From assembly GCA_963720465.1 (NCBI GenBank), contig OY970393.1:64001-128000 (forward strand): 64,000 bases of DNA. Reading direction: 5' to 3'. Below, piece by piece: positions 10,315-19,792 of the stretch. The position numbers and the translations under genes are program-made. This DNA comes from Methanobacteriota archaeon (GTDB lineage Archaea > Halobacteriota > Bog-38 > Methanoflorentales > Methanoflorentaceae). Within the stretch, counting starts at the first letter, position 1, and every line of letters starts with the position of its first letter. Below the pieces are notes generated by a model. That model made no database searches and was not told the DNA's origin. It was given only the letters and a program-made list of their open reading frames with translations.

Positions 10315-10407
10315 TCACTCCTCCTCTTCATCTTCATTGTCTTCAATCCTTTCCTGAACGTCTTCCTCATCGTCTAAGTTAAGATCTATATACGCAGCCA
10401 GTGACAT
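10315..10407 (-). CDS. acidic micro-protein (30 aa, MSLAAYIDLNLDDEEDVQERIEDNEDEEEE)
   Basis: strong GGAGGTGA RBS upstream of the ATG. Confidence 0.55.
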   Translation of the reverse strand: MSLAAYIDLNLDDEEDVQERIEDNEDEEEE

Positions 10408-10634
10408 CTTGCGCTCACCTCCATATATGGGGTCGCATCACTCAGCTTCAGTATGTTGTCGTGAAAGAATAGAGTCTCCTTTTCTGATCCGATTCGCTTA
10501 TCGTAGCTTCCTGAGTAAGCGCCTTGTCCTGGGCACGCTTCCCGATAGGCACGGCGGCGCGAAAAGAGAGTGACGCATACACCTCGCCTTGATTCTGATT
10601 AAACTACGCTGTGGTAAAGAGGCGTTGTAATCGC

Positions 10635-11435
10635 CTACTTCTCCACACTTCTGAACTGATATAACGTTGCTCCTATCGTCACTGCTGCGAACACCGCTAT
10701 GACTGCATACGCGACCAGAATGGTGCTCCAATCAAATCCTGTGGACATCAATACTCTGACCGCGTTGACCGCGTAACTAAACGGGTTGACATTCGAAAAG
10801 GCCTGCGCCCAGTGCGGAAGGAACTCGTATGGTACGAGCGCTGTGCTCACAAACATGAGCGGGAATATAATCACGAGATCTAACCCTGCGACTACTTGCG
10901 CACTCTTTGTGGTCACCCCTATTGCCATCGTCAGCCCTGACGTAGACAACCCAAAGAAAGCGGCAGTGAAAAGAATCAGCAAAATTCCTAGGACCCCTGT
11001 TATAACGGTTACACCGAGAGCGTACGCAAGCGCGAGCGTTATACCCGCCGGGATGAGCACCATGATCGTATCGTTCATTAATCGTCCAAACAGAATGGCT
11101 GGCCTGTTCACAGGCGTCACGAGCATCTTTGAAAGAAATCCTGAATTGATATCGTCAACCACGGCGGTTCCCGAGTACTGTGCATTAATCAATGGGTTTA
11201 AAACAATGATGCCACCCGTTGCGAATTGGACATAGCCGCCGGCAGGGAATCCTGGGAGGTTTCCAAACTGCGTGAAAATTTGCGTGAAGAGAACAAGAAA
11301 CAGCACTGGCAGGGCGAGCGTACCGAAGATGATGACAGGGGTCCGTATGGTCTTTTTCCCGGCCCTGATGAAGAGGTGCCACACGTCAAAGAGAGCGTCA
11401 TGATCCATCTTCCGTCGCTTCATATGGGTTTCCAC
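10635..11435 (-). CDS. ABC-2 type exporter permease (DrrB-like)
   Basis: ~6 TM segments, SGFLSKMLVTPVNR, NPFSYAVNAVR. Confidence 0.9.
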   Translation of the reverse strand: METHMKRRKMDHDALFDVWHLFIRAGKKTIRTPVIIFGTLALPVLFLVLFTQIFTQFGNLPGFPAGGYVQFATGGIIVLNPLINAQYSGTAVVDDINSGFLSKMLVTPVNRPAILFGRLMNDTIMVLIPAGITLALAYALGVTVITGVLGILLILFTAAFFGLSTSGLTMAIGVTTKSAQVVAGLDLVIIFPLMFVSTALVPYEFLPHWAQAFSNVNPFSYAVNAVRVLMSTGFDWSTILVAYAVIAVFAAVTIGATLYQFRSVEK

Positions 11436-12412
11436 GTATCTCCTTTCGACAGTTCTTCTGATCGTATCCGTCTTCCTGTGTGCTGCAGAAAGACGTCATC
11501 CAGCGAGGCAGATGCGACGCTGATTGATGTCAAGCGAATCTCGTTCTCGTCAAATAGTCGTACGATATCGGGAACGAGAGCGCTCGCGTTCTTAGCGTAT
11601 GCCGCCAGTCCCGTTTCGATATCGAGGACCTTTGTAACGCCTTGAATGCCACTGACAATCCGCTTTGATCGGTCTCTTATATCGTCTGAGTCCGCGTCGG
11701 CCAGTGACAGCGTGATGGTGTCACCGCCGAGTTGATGCTTCAGTTCAACGGGTGAGCCGCTCACCACGATCTCTCCGTGATCGAGTATTGAGAGCCGCTG
11801 ACAGAGCCTGTCCGCTTCTTCCATCTGCTGGGTTGTCAAAAAAACCGTAACACCTTCCTCTCTGTTGAGCGTTTCGAGGTGCTCCCAGATAGCGACGCGC
11901 GATTGCGGATCGAGCCCCGAGGTCGGTTCATCGAGAAACAGCACGCGCGGTTTGTGCACAAGCGTAGACGCGAGATTGAGCCGCTTCTTCATCCCTCCGG
12001 AGTACCGAGCCGCCCTCTTGTCTGCGACGTCCGAGAGCTCAACGAGTGTGAGCAGTTCGTCCACACGTTTCTTGAGGGCGTCACCGTGCAACCTCTGGAG
12101 GTGCCCCTGAAGGGTGAGGTTTTCCCGACCCGTCAAGTCCCCATCCAGAATGATTTCCTGGCGTTGAACGCCGATAACTTTGCGAATCGCGCGAGCGTCG
12201 GTATCAACATCGTAGCCAGCAACGGTCGCAGAACCAGAGGTCTTCTTCAGCAGTGTCGTGAGAACCTGGATCGTCGTGCTCTTTCCGGCACCGTTCGGGC
12301 CGAGGAACCCGAAGAACTCGCCCTCTCCGACACTGAACGAGATCCCATCGACAGCCCGTGTACGGCCAGGATACACTTTGACGAGGTTTTCGACGGTAAT
12401 GATATCTGACAC
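11420..12412 (-). CDS. ABC exporter ATP-binding protein (DrrA-like)
   Basis: GPNGAGKST Walker A, YSGGM signature, LFLDEPT. Confidence 0.92.
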   Translation of the reverse strand: MSDIITVENLVKVYPGRTRAVDGISFSVGEGEFFGFLGPNGAGKSTTIQVLTTLLKKTSGSATVAGYDVDTDARAIRKVIGVQRQEIILDGDLTGRENLTLQGHLQRLHGDALKKRVDELLTLVELSDVADKRAARYSGGMKKRLNLASTLVHKPRVLFLDEPTSGLDPQSRVAIWEHLETLNREEGVTVFLTTQQMEEADRLCQRLSILDHGEIVVSGSPVELKHQLGGDTITLSLADADSDDIRDRSKRIVSGIQGVTKVLDIETGLAAYAKNASALVPDIVRLFDENEIRLTSISVASASLDDVFLQHTGRRIRSEELSKGDTWKPI

Positions 12413-13096
12413 TATAAACCTCCTTTAGTTTTGGCTCTCGAGGTTGTGCACCGAGCACCGTCGCATCGGCACGCCAGCTTCGAAACGTCTTCCTGACAAG
12501 CCCAGTCCTGATTTCTGCGACATAACTCTCTGCATGACGTTTAGGCCAACCTAATATATAACATTTTAGGCCAGCCTAATCTAGTTGTGTTATGGCTAGC
12601 GGCAGACCCATCTTGCAAGAGATGAAGCCACTCGAGCATCGAGTCTCGCTCGGGAATCTTATGCGGCAGAACCTGTGCACGTGCCCCCCCGAGTAAGTGA
12701 CGATTTGGAGTTTAGCACTCCCGTCTTTCTTTTTCCGCGACAATGTACGAGCTAGGATAGCGAGCATGTTTCTTTTGCCACTTTCTTGGCTATGTGTCGC
12801 CTAAAACCGAAGTGCTTAGATATTCGGGCCGTAGCTCTTTCCACCCGTAAGGCGCGCAATACCGAAAACGGGCGCTGTCCTTTAGACGTGTTGGCTGCGC
12901 CCTCCTCGCATATCTCGTCGAGCAAAGCACTTATTGGTGATGAGACCAATTGAACAGGTCACAAGAAAACAAAAGGGCGCTGTCGGGACGCAGCCCTGCA
13001 TAATTTCTTCTGATTTCACCTCTAAAGTGAAGTCGTGGGCCTGCATTCCCGACGCGCGCTTGTCTATATGCAAGCGTGCCAAGGAGGTGAGACAGC

Positions 13097-13318
13097 ATGA
13101 AAGTGCCGATGACCCCAGAAAACAAGGAGAAGTGCATTTGCATTAGCTGCCCTACCTACACCCAGAACAGCCTTGTGGGTGGGGTGTTTTGCGCCACGGG
13201 CAAGAGCCAAAAGACAGCTGAGATGAGGGGATGTAACTGCCCCGAATGTCAGGTGTATACTGATCACGACCTCAAGGGAGGTTACTTCTGCATGAAAGGC
13301 GCTGGTATTGGCGAGTAA
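13097..13318 (+). CDS. DUF2769-like Cys-rich protein
   Basis: CICISCPTY..FC..GKS..GCNCPEC.V..YFC..G; GGAGGTGA RBS. Confidence 0.8.
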   Translation: MKVPMTPENKEKCICISCPTYTQNSLVGGVFCATGKSQKTAEMRGCNCPECQVYTDHDLKGGYFCMKGAGIGE

Positions 13319-13357
13319 CGGTAATGGCTTTTGTCGCTACCAGAAGGTTGTAAAAAT

Positions 13358-13837
13358 ATGACATTTTATGACATCACGTTTCGTGATTCGTTCGGATCAA
13401 CTGTTAGTATGTCCGAATTTCGTGGAAAGGTCGTTCTCATTGTTAACACGGCGACCAAATGCGGTCTGGCGGGTCAGTTCAAAGAACTCGAAGAACTTCA
13501 ACAGACTTACAAAGACAAGGGACTTGTGGTGATTGGCTTTCCCTCTGACCAGTTTAAACAGGAGCCAGAGACAAATGAGACCATGGTCAAAGCTTGCCTA
13601 ATAAATTTTGGCGTAACATTCCTCATTTCCGAGAAAATAAACGTTAACGGTAAAGATACCCATCCTCTCTTTGTTTATCTGAAAAAAGAGTTACCCGGAG
13701 GTATTCTTGGAAGCACCATAAAGTGGAATTTTACAAAATTCTTGGTTTCCAAAGAAGGTGTGCCTTTTAAGCGGTATTCGCCAACAACAAAACCCGTTGA
13801 AATAGAAGGAGACATCATCAACCAATTGGATAAGTGA
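13358..13837 (+). CDS. gpx: glutathione peroxidase (Cys type)
   Basis: LIVNTATKCG, GFPSDQF.QEP, IKWNFTKFLV. Confidence 0.92.
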   Translation: MTFYDITFRDSFGSTVSMSEFRGKVVLIVNTATKCGLAGQFKELEELQQTYKDKGLVVIGFPSDQFKQEPETNETMVKACLINFGVTFLISEKINVNGKDTHPLFVYLKKELPGGILGSTIKWNFTKFLVSKEGVPFKRYSPTTKPVEIEGDIINQLDK

Positions 13838-14159
13838 TACCTCTTCAATCTCAAGTCGATAGGTGGATTTGGAATAAATAGTTTGATGAATTGCATTTAG
13901 AGCGATGGTGATGCTCCCTCTTCGGCCCTACTTCACCGACATGGCCATGCTCCGCCACAGCCCCATCTTCTGATCGCCTCACAAGGTGAGGTACCTCAAC
14001 GCCTCGTTCGGCATGCCCTTCGCCAAATAGGCATTCCCGCTGCTGAAGTAAGCCCTCTCGATCAGATCGCGGTCGTTCGTGCTCTTGCGGCGCAAGCGAA
14101 ACGCTTACGTTCTCAAATCCCATAGAGGATTAGTTTTCTGCGAGCGGACACTGGGTCTA

Positions 14160-14872
14160 ATGGGAGCGAACCAACCGCGGCGACTGATCTGTTCTATCTG
14201 CTGCTGACGGTGCTCCCATTCGCCCTTGCGAGCATGGTGAGTCCGCTGGCAATAATCACCGTCATGGCGGTGCTCAGTGCGACGACGCGCCGGACACTCA
14301 AGGCGGTCTTTTTTGGCGATAACGTGCGCGACGGTCTTTTGGGCGATATGCCTGCTGCTCGTCGCCGTCGGGAGCGCTGCGACAATCGGCGGAAAGCCCT
14401 CATCGGTAACTGCAGGCATTGACGTTGTCCTGGGTGTCATTCTGCTTTACATAGCCGGTCGCTCGTTGACCAAGGGGGTGGGTACGCCTCTGGTTCGGTC
14501 TTTTGACCCGGATGCGATGAGCGTCGCTGCCGTCGTGTCGATGAGCGTGCTCTTCAGCGCGAGCAATGTCTCCTCGCTGATTCCAGCGCTTGCGGCAAGC
14601 AAGGACATCGGCGTCGCCGCGGTGCTGCCCTTTGACAAAACCGTCGCCTTTATTTTCCTGCTCGCGCCTTTGTTTTCCTGCTCGCCATTGCGTTGAGCTG
14701 GGTCTGGGCGCCCGTCGTCGTATATCTCGTCACGCCCAACAACTTCGACAGGTTGCTCGATCCTGTCATCCGCTTCTTGCGCAGGCACGGCGGTCAGTTA
14801 ATGGCCGCTGTCTTATTCTTGATCGGCCTGTATCTCGTCGTTCGAGGAGTGACCGGTTTTGCTGCGCTGTAG
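14160..14872 (+). pseudogene. GAP/Sap-family membrane protein, multiply frameshifted
   Basis: ALASMVSPLAIITVMAVL, IDVVLGVILL, then WAPVVVYLVTP..LRRHG..LIGLYLVVRG spread over several frames; short duplication at ~14653-14686. Confidence 0.65.
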
Positions 14873-15179
14873 TGCAGGAATGCTCACTCACACGCCAGAT
14901 TCGCGCGCAGGTTGTGCGGAGGAGTCGTACGACGGGCGACAGCCTGACAACGCGGAGCCGTCAATCTGCCAGGCGACGCGGGCGGCGATAATATTCACAA
15001 TACGGGACGCGACTATTGTCGCCGCGAATCTAGACCCTCGTTCAAAGTGTCACCCTCTAAACTGGAATTAGCACTGACGTATTGACGAGTGACGATTCAG
15101 CGGGTAAACTTCATTAAACGAACAATGCATACCAAAGCAGTCTAAGCGGCACGCAGACTGTCTGTGGGAGAACGAGAAA

Positions 15180-15542
15180 ATGAAAAAACACCTCATTTTA
15201 GCGCTCGTTGTGATAGCGGGTGCAACGGTTATGATCGCGGGATGCACATCATCGTCAAGCCCGAGTCCAAGTCCAGTTACTAGCACCGCGAGCCAAAATT
15301 CCGTCGCTATCCAAAATTACGCGTTCAACCCGTCGACGCTCACGATCCAAAAAGGGGCCAATGTGACGTGGACAAATTATGATTCGGTCCAACATACGGT
15401 TACTTCAGATTCAGGGGCGTTTTCATCGCCACATATCAGCACTGGCGACACTTACACGTATCAGTTTAACAACACAGGCTCGTTTTCTTATCATTGTAGC
15501 ATACATCCGTATATGAAAGGAACAATCGTAGTCGTGGCGTGA
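15180..15542 (+). CDS. cupredoxin/plastocyanin-like lipoprotein
   Basis: lipobox IAGC, WTN.DSVQHTV, YHCSIHPYMKG type-1 Cu ligands. Confidence 0.9.
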   Translation: MKKHLILALVVIAGATVMIAGCTSSSSPSPSPVTSTASQNSVAIQNYAFNPSTLTIQKGANVTWTNYDSVQHTVTSDSGAFSSPHISTGDTYTYQFNNTGSFSYHCSIHPYMKGTIVVVA

Positions 15543-15808
15543 AGGCCGCACTCTTATGATGATCATAAGCTGTGAGTATAGGTGGAACAAAACACAACTA
15601 AGACTGTTAACCACCCCGCGTACTTCTAAAATAGTCACACGAACTTATTTGGACCAAGCATCGACCCATGCACGGAGCGGTTTCACAGCCTTAGAAATTC
15701 TAAACCGAGGCAGCTACAGTATAACTAAAACCTATTTGAAGCTTTATTACAAATTTAGTACGTTACGGCGGTTTCCCTTCCCGTTGTGTTCTTCGCAGTG
15801 ACGCTGGG

Positions 15809-15919
15809 TTAGTCTCTGATGTAGCGCGGACGGCGGCACTCCTCACAATACGGAATGCCCTCTCTATCGCCACGCAGCTTACAATGGGCGTACTTCTCGC
15901 ACCTTTGGCAGTTCATCAT
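15809..15919 (-). CDS. zinc-finger micro-protein (36 aa, MMNCQRCEKYAHCKLRGDREGIPYCEECRRPRYIRD)
   Basis: two CxxC motifs; read manually. Confidence 0.55.
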   Translation of the reverse strand: MMNCQRCEKYAHCKLRGDREGIPYCEECRRPRYIRD

Positions 15920-16163
15920 AGGTGTATTTCATGAAAAGCTGCGTAAAGTGTGCTATCTATGCGGTGGGAAACTAACAGGGCTAGGCCCCGAGGTAGCTAT
16001 ATCGGCAATTTGTTCGTTCAACCCGCTTTGTACGCTATATTTCCGCGCTTTCCAAGGACCCCATTCAGCCAGCGGAGTCGACTGACCGCAAGCATATAGT
16101 TGACACGCTTACTTCGATGATTGCGTGAAGTGGCTAATAGTAGTGCAAACACAGTGACTATCT

Positions 16164-16376
16164 ATGACTACACATGCTCGCAAGCCAAAAGAGCCCTGTT
16201 TTGTCACAGGCCACGAAGCTCTAATATACGAAGTCGAACGGGCGTGTGGCCAATTAAACAAGCTTAAGGACTCGCAACTAGACGAGCCTTACGTACGTGC
16301 GGTGGCTGCGGAAATACGAGCGCACATGGACCACTTAGGGGCAAGTTTGCAAGACTTGACGGAACCTTGCGGTTAA
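16164..16376 (+). CDS. hypothetical helical protein (70 aa)
   Basis: ATG ORF with protein-like composition. Confidence 0.5.
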   Translation: MTTHARKPKEPCFVTGHEALIYEVERACGQLNKLKDSQLDEPYVRAVAAEIRAHMDHLGASLQDLTEPCG

Positions 16377-16412
16377 TGACTGTAGCTAAAACGTCTCGCG
16401 CTACGGCTACGC

Positions 16413-16781
16413 GTTCGCGCTCACGACTCTTCATGCGCATAGCCGTATCAGCGAGACTGATGTATTTGCACGTGTATCCTTTTGATAATTCGTCGCAACT
16501 GCTGACGTGCACTGTTGGGTAGCCAGGCTTCGTGCATGCGGTCTTGCAGGTATTGGTAAGCTTCCCAACTGGTTAAGCACCTCCTCAAAAGTTTTTCGGC
16601 GGCCATATCGGCATAGTCGTTTTTGTAGTCCGCGATTTCAAGAATCAGTTCATCGACCTCTGTCCAATCGTTGTTCATGGCGCAAAATGGTAGGTCTATC
16701 TGGGTAATTGTTAGCTAAAAGTAGAGCGAAAGTGTGGTAAAATTCAGAGACCCCTCGTGCACGACGTTTCTAAGGCAGTCA
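16413..16781 (-). repeat. ~360-bp repeat copy B (inverted relative to 175-536)
   Basis: see copy A. Confidence 0.9.
16448..16678 (-). CDS. paralog of 272-529 with premature TGA (homology continues *YGYAHEES to ~16421)
   Basis: direct alignment to 272-529. Confidence 0.65.
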   Translation of the reverse strand: MNNDWTEVDELILEIADYKNDYADMAAEKLLRRCLTSWEAYQYLQDRMHEAWLPNSARQQLRRIIKRIHVQIHQSR

Positions 16782-16986
16782 CTGCAAGTGCGACAGTGTC
16801 CAGAAAAACAAGACTACAATGGGGCGCGTGCTGGTTTTTATACAAGCAAATGCCTCTTGAGAGTCGGTATGCCTCAATTCAGCGTGGTCAATGTGATGCT
16901 CAAAACACCGTATAGACGTAAATTTTAAGCAAACAGCCGCTGTGTTACGGGTTTGTTACAATGGAAAAGAACCGGAGGTGAATATC

Positions 16987-17286
16987 GTGACGAAAGGATG
17001 GTGCGAAAACTGTCAATGCCTAAACCGTAACGGTGCACTGTATTGCTCTCAATGTGGTGAAGAACTTCAAAATGGTGAAGAACTTCATAAGCAACAACCG
17101 GACATCAAGATAATGTTTGTAGGGCTCATTATTGTCCTTGCGTGGCTCCTGTTCTGGGCATTGTGGCTATTTTTCTACGCCAGCGGTTTTAGCATCTTGC
17201 AAAACTTAGGGGTCTTTCTGCTATCCCTTGTCGTTCTGTTGATATTAGAGATCTTGTTAACGGTTCCATTCACGAGGAGGAGGTAA
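16987..17286 (+). CDS. zinc-ribbon plus two-TM membrane protein
   Basis: CENC..N...ALYCSQCG; GGAGGTG RBS before GTG. Confidence 0.7.
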   Translation: MTKGWCENCQCLNRNGALYCSQCGEELQNGEELHKQQPDIKIMFVGLIIVLAWLLFWALWLFFYASGFSILQNLGVFLLSLVVLLILEILLTVPFTRRR

Positions 17287-17511
17287 CCCCTATAGCAGCT
17301 AAAAAGAACGTAGCGATTACGACAGCTATGGCTGAAGTTCATATCGAATTGTAAAGCCGAAAATGCCCTATGTCCCTCTACTTACTGCACAAAAGCCGAC
17401 TTATCGCAGATTCGGGTTCAAGGTGTTGGTTTTAGTAGCGGAGCTAGGAGCTACGGAAGTGGGTAAAAGAAACACGCTGCGCGGCGTTCTCTAAGTTAGT
17501 CCGGCCCCAGT

Positions 17512-17727
17512 TCATTCTTTGTGCTCTTTTTTGTAATTAACAATCAGATTCAACACTTCCATGTAAGCAACATATTGCCCATTTGCAAAAGAAGCAGCGG
17601 TGTCCACTGAGTCACGATTATCTTTGGCACTTTGGTTTGCTCCTTTCTCGCACAATTCTAAAATCAGTTTAACCAGAGTTTTACAATCTTTCAATGTATA
17701 GCTGGATTTAATCATTTTATCCCTCAC
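17512..17727 (-). CDS. hypothetical protein (71 aa), AT-rich
   Basis: ORF with protein-like composition. Confidence 0.45.
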   Translation of the reverse strand: MRDKMIKSSYTLKDCKTLVKLILELCEKGANQSAKDNRDSVDTAASFANGQYVAYMEVLNLIVNYKKEHKE

Positions 17728-18132
17728 TCACATCACGAAAACCCGTCAGTACACACTTCTTCTTCGTCAACTTCTCGTTTGCCACATACGTAGTCTCAGC
17801 GTATGGTCCATATAACACATCATTGCTATAGGGATGCACATACGTGCCTTAATTAATGCACTTCATATCGCAAGCGGTCGGTTTTGGCAGCGGAGGAGCC
17901 GAAGGCGAGGGCCGGAACGATCTTTATCCTAAGCCCTGGACACGTCCGCTGAAGATGCACAAACGATGAACGCGCCGCGTAACACACGACTTATTCTACA
18001 TACGAACATAGGCTCCGCATCTTCCTTATCACGCGTGGCGTGACGTCGGCAATGATGTTGTAGGTCATTGACTCTGTGAACAGCCTTGACAGCGAAAGGT
18101 CAAGCGCTTGAGCAAGCAGAAGAAGATGTCAT

Positions 18133-18399
18133 TTAAGCTGTCGAACTGATGGGGCACTCAACCTGTAAGTTCGACATCTTCCAGTATCGCATATACACAT
18201 CATACACGTGCTCAGGCAGCCGATGTTTGTAAAATCGCGAATCAACCCCGAAAACGCCGTGTGTAAGGATATGTGCTCGGTTTGATTGATCCCACTGAAC
18301 ACTGTCACCATATTGCTCGGCGAACGTCTGCAGATCGCCTGGAACAAAATGAGCCGTAACTCGTGTGGGCGGAACCTTCTGTACTGCTGCTCTAATCAA
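18133..18399 (-). pseudogene. C-terminal fragment of a divergent tyrosine recombinase, int(C)-like
   Basis: HFVPGDLQTFAEQ (degenerate LRKF box II)..ILTHG..RFYK (catalytic Tyr position)..VYDVYMRYW; 5' part missing. Confidence 0.6.
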
Positions 18400-18476
18400 T
18401 CTACAAAGCGAAATTGCACGTGTGTGCTAATTTCACCGAAGGAACAGCGCTTTAAGGTGATGCACTGCAATAATTT

Positions 18477-18992
18477 TTAGACATTTGCTTCTGGGAGTGG
18501 AACGTAAACCCGTGCTGCCAACTCAGTATCTAACATAAATAAGGCAGCAGGATCTTGAGCTATCATTTTTAAGCGCCTAACGATAGCCGCAAAATTAGAT
18601 TCTTCCTCTATCTGCTCATTTACATACCACTCAAGGAAGCCTGAAGCTGCATAGTTTTTTTCTTCTATAGCAATAGTTTTTAAGTCGTAAATTCTACCTG
18701 TGACAATTTTTTCATGGTTTAATGCTATCTCAAAAGCATTTAGAACAGAGCTAAAATCTGCTTGTGGATCTTGGAAACCAGTAATCCTAACATTGCCTTC
18801 CATTTCAGTTACAAAATTAAAAAACTTCATCGCATGATCTACCTCTTCGTGATATTGCACTCTTAAAAAATGTGAAAAGCCTGGCAGATCAATAGCAGCA
18901 CAATAGGCAGCCATTGATAAATAAATGTGGGCTGAATAAAACTCGAAAGTTGTTTGCTCGTTAATAGCTTGATTCAATTTTGTGGAAATCAT
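18477..18992 (-). CDS. ftnA: non-heme ferritin
   Basis: EFYSAHIYLSMA, EEVDHAMKF, HEKIVT, EQIEEE; very AT-rich. Confidence 0.92.
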   Translation of the reverse strand: MISTKLNQAINEQTTFEFYSAHIYLSMAAYCAAIDLPGFSHFLRVQYHEEVDHAMKFFNFVTEMEGNVRITGFQDPQADFSSVLNAFEIALNHEKIVTGRIYDLKTIAIEEKNYAASGFLEWYVNEQIEEESNFAAIVRRLKMIAQDPAALFMLDTELAARVYVPLPEANV

Positions 18993-19149
18993 TTGTCTTG
19001 CCTCCTAAAATATTGTTTATGAATTGATATTACTACAAGAATGAAATATAAAAACAGTGCTATTTCAGGCAATATCTGCACATTCAACGCACAAGAAAAT
19101 GGGAAGCTCTCCTTGGGCCTTCCTGAGCCCAATTAGCAAAGCTCAATCG

Positions 19150-19610
19150 ACCCTCTTGAACAACTTCCCATCAGCGCCGCATACTGAGCATGTGGCTGGC
19201 GCCTCCTTTTCCACCGTATTCCCGCAGTAGGACAGACGTAATAGGGGAACGTCTCCGTTGATTTGCCCTGGTTGGAAAGAAGCGTATTAAAAAGCTCGGA
19301 ATGGGGGTTCTCCACCTCGTTGGCTAAGTAGAAGGACATTTCGGCGTCGTTAAGCTTCTCAGCTTTGGCCGTTTCAATCATCTCAGGATACATGCTCTGA
19401 TACTCGTGATCCTCGCAAGAGATGGCCCCCTCGAGGTTCTCTGGAGTCGACAGGATGGCGTTCATAGCCCCCAGGTGGTTATTGGCATGCACTGCCTCTG
19501 CCTCAGAAGCTGCCCGAAACAGCGTGGCTGCCTGGGAGAATCTTTCTTTATCGGCTTTGGCTGCAAATGTTGGTACTTGCGGTTGGCCTGGGACTCTCCC
19601 GCAAGTCGAT
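19150..19610 (-). pseudogene. rubrerythrin, 5'-truncated and frameshifted
   Basis: GESQANRKY(fs)TFAAKADKE..LFRAASEAEAVHA..EYQSMYP..YYVCP. Confidence 0.8.
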
Positions 19611-19792
19611 CTTGGGCGCGGGGGCCGCAGGGTCACGAGTTCAAGCGCTTATGACGAGCTTTTTGGCCCATCAGGAATCAACAATTTGAACAGCATTCTG
19701 GTTCTGCCAGATATCATGAAATCCTATACCCGTGCCTGCAAAAGGCGAAGTATCATGAGAGGATAACAATGTGAAAAGGAAGTGAGTAGCTT

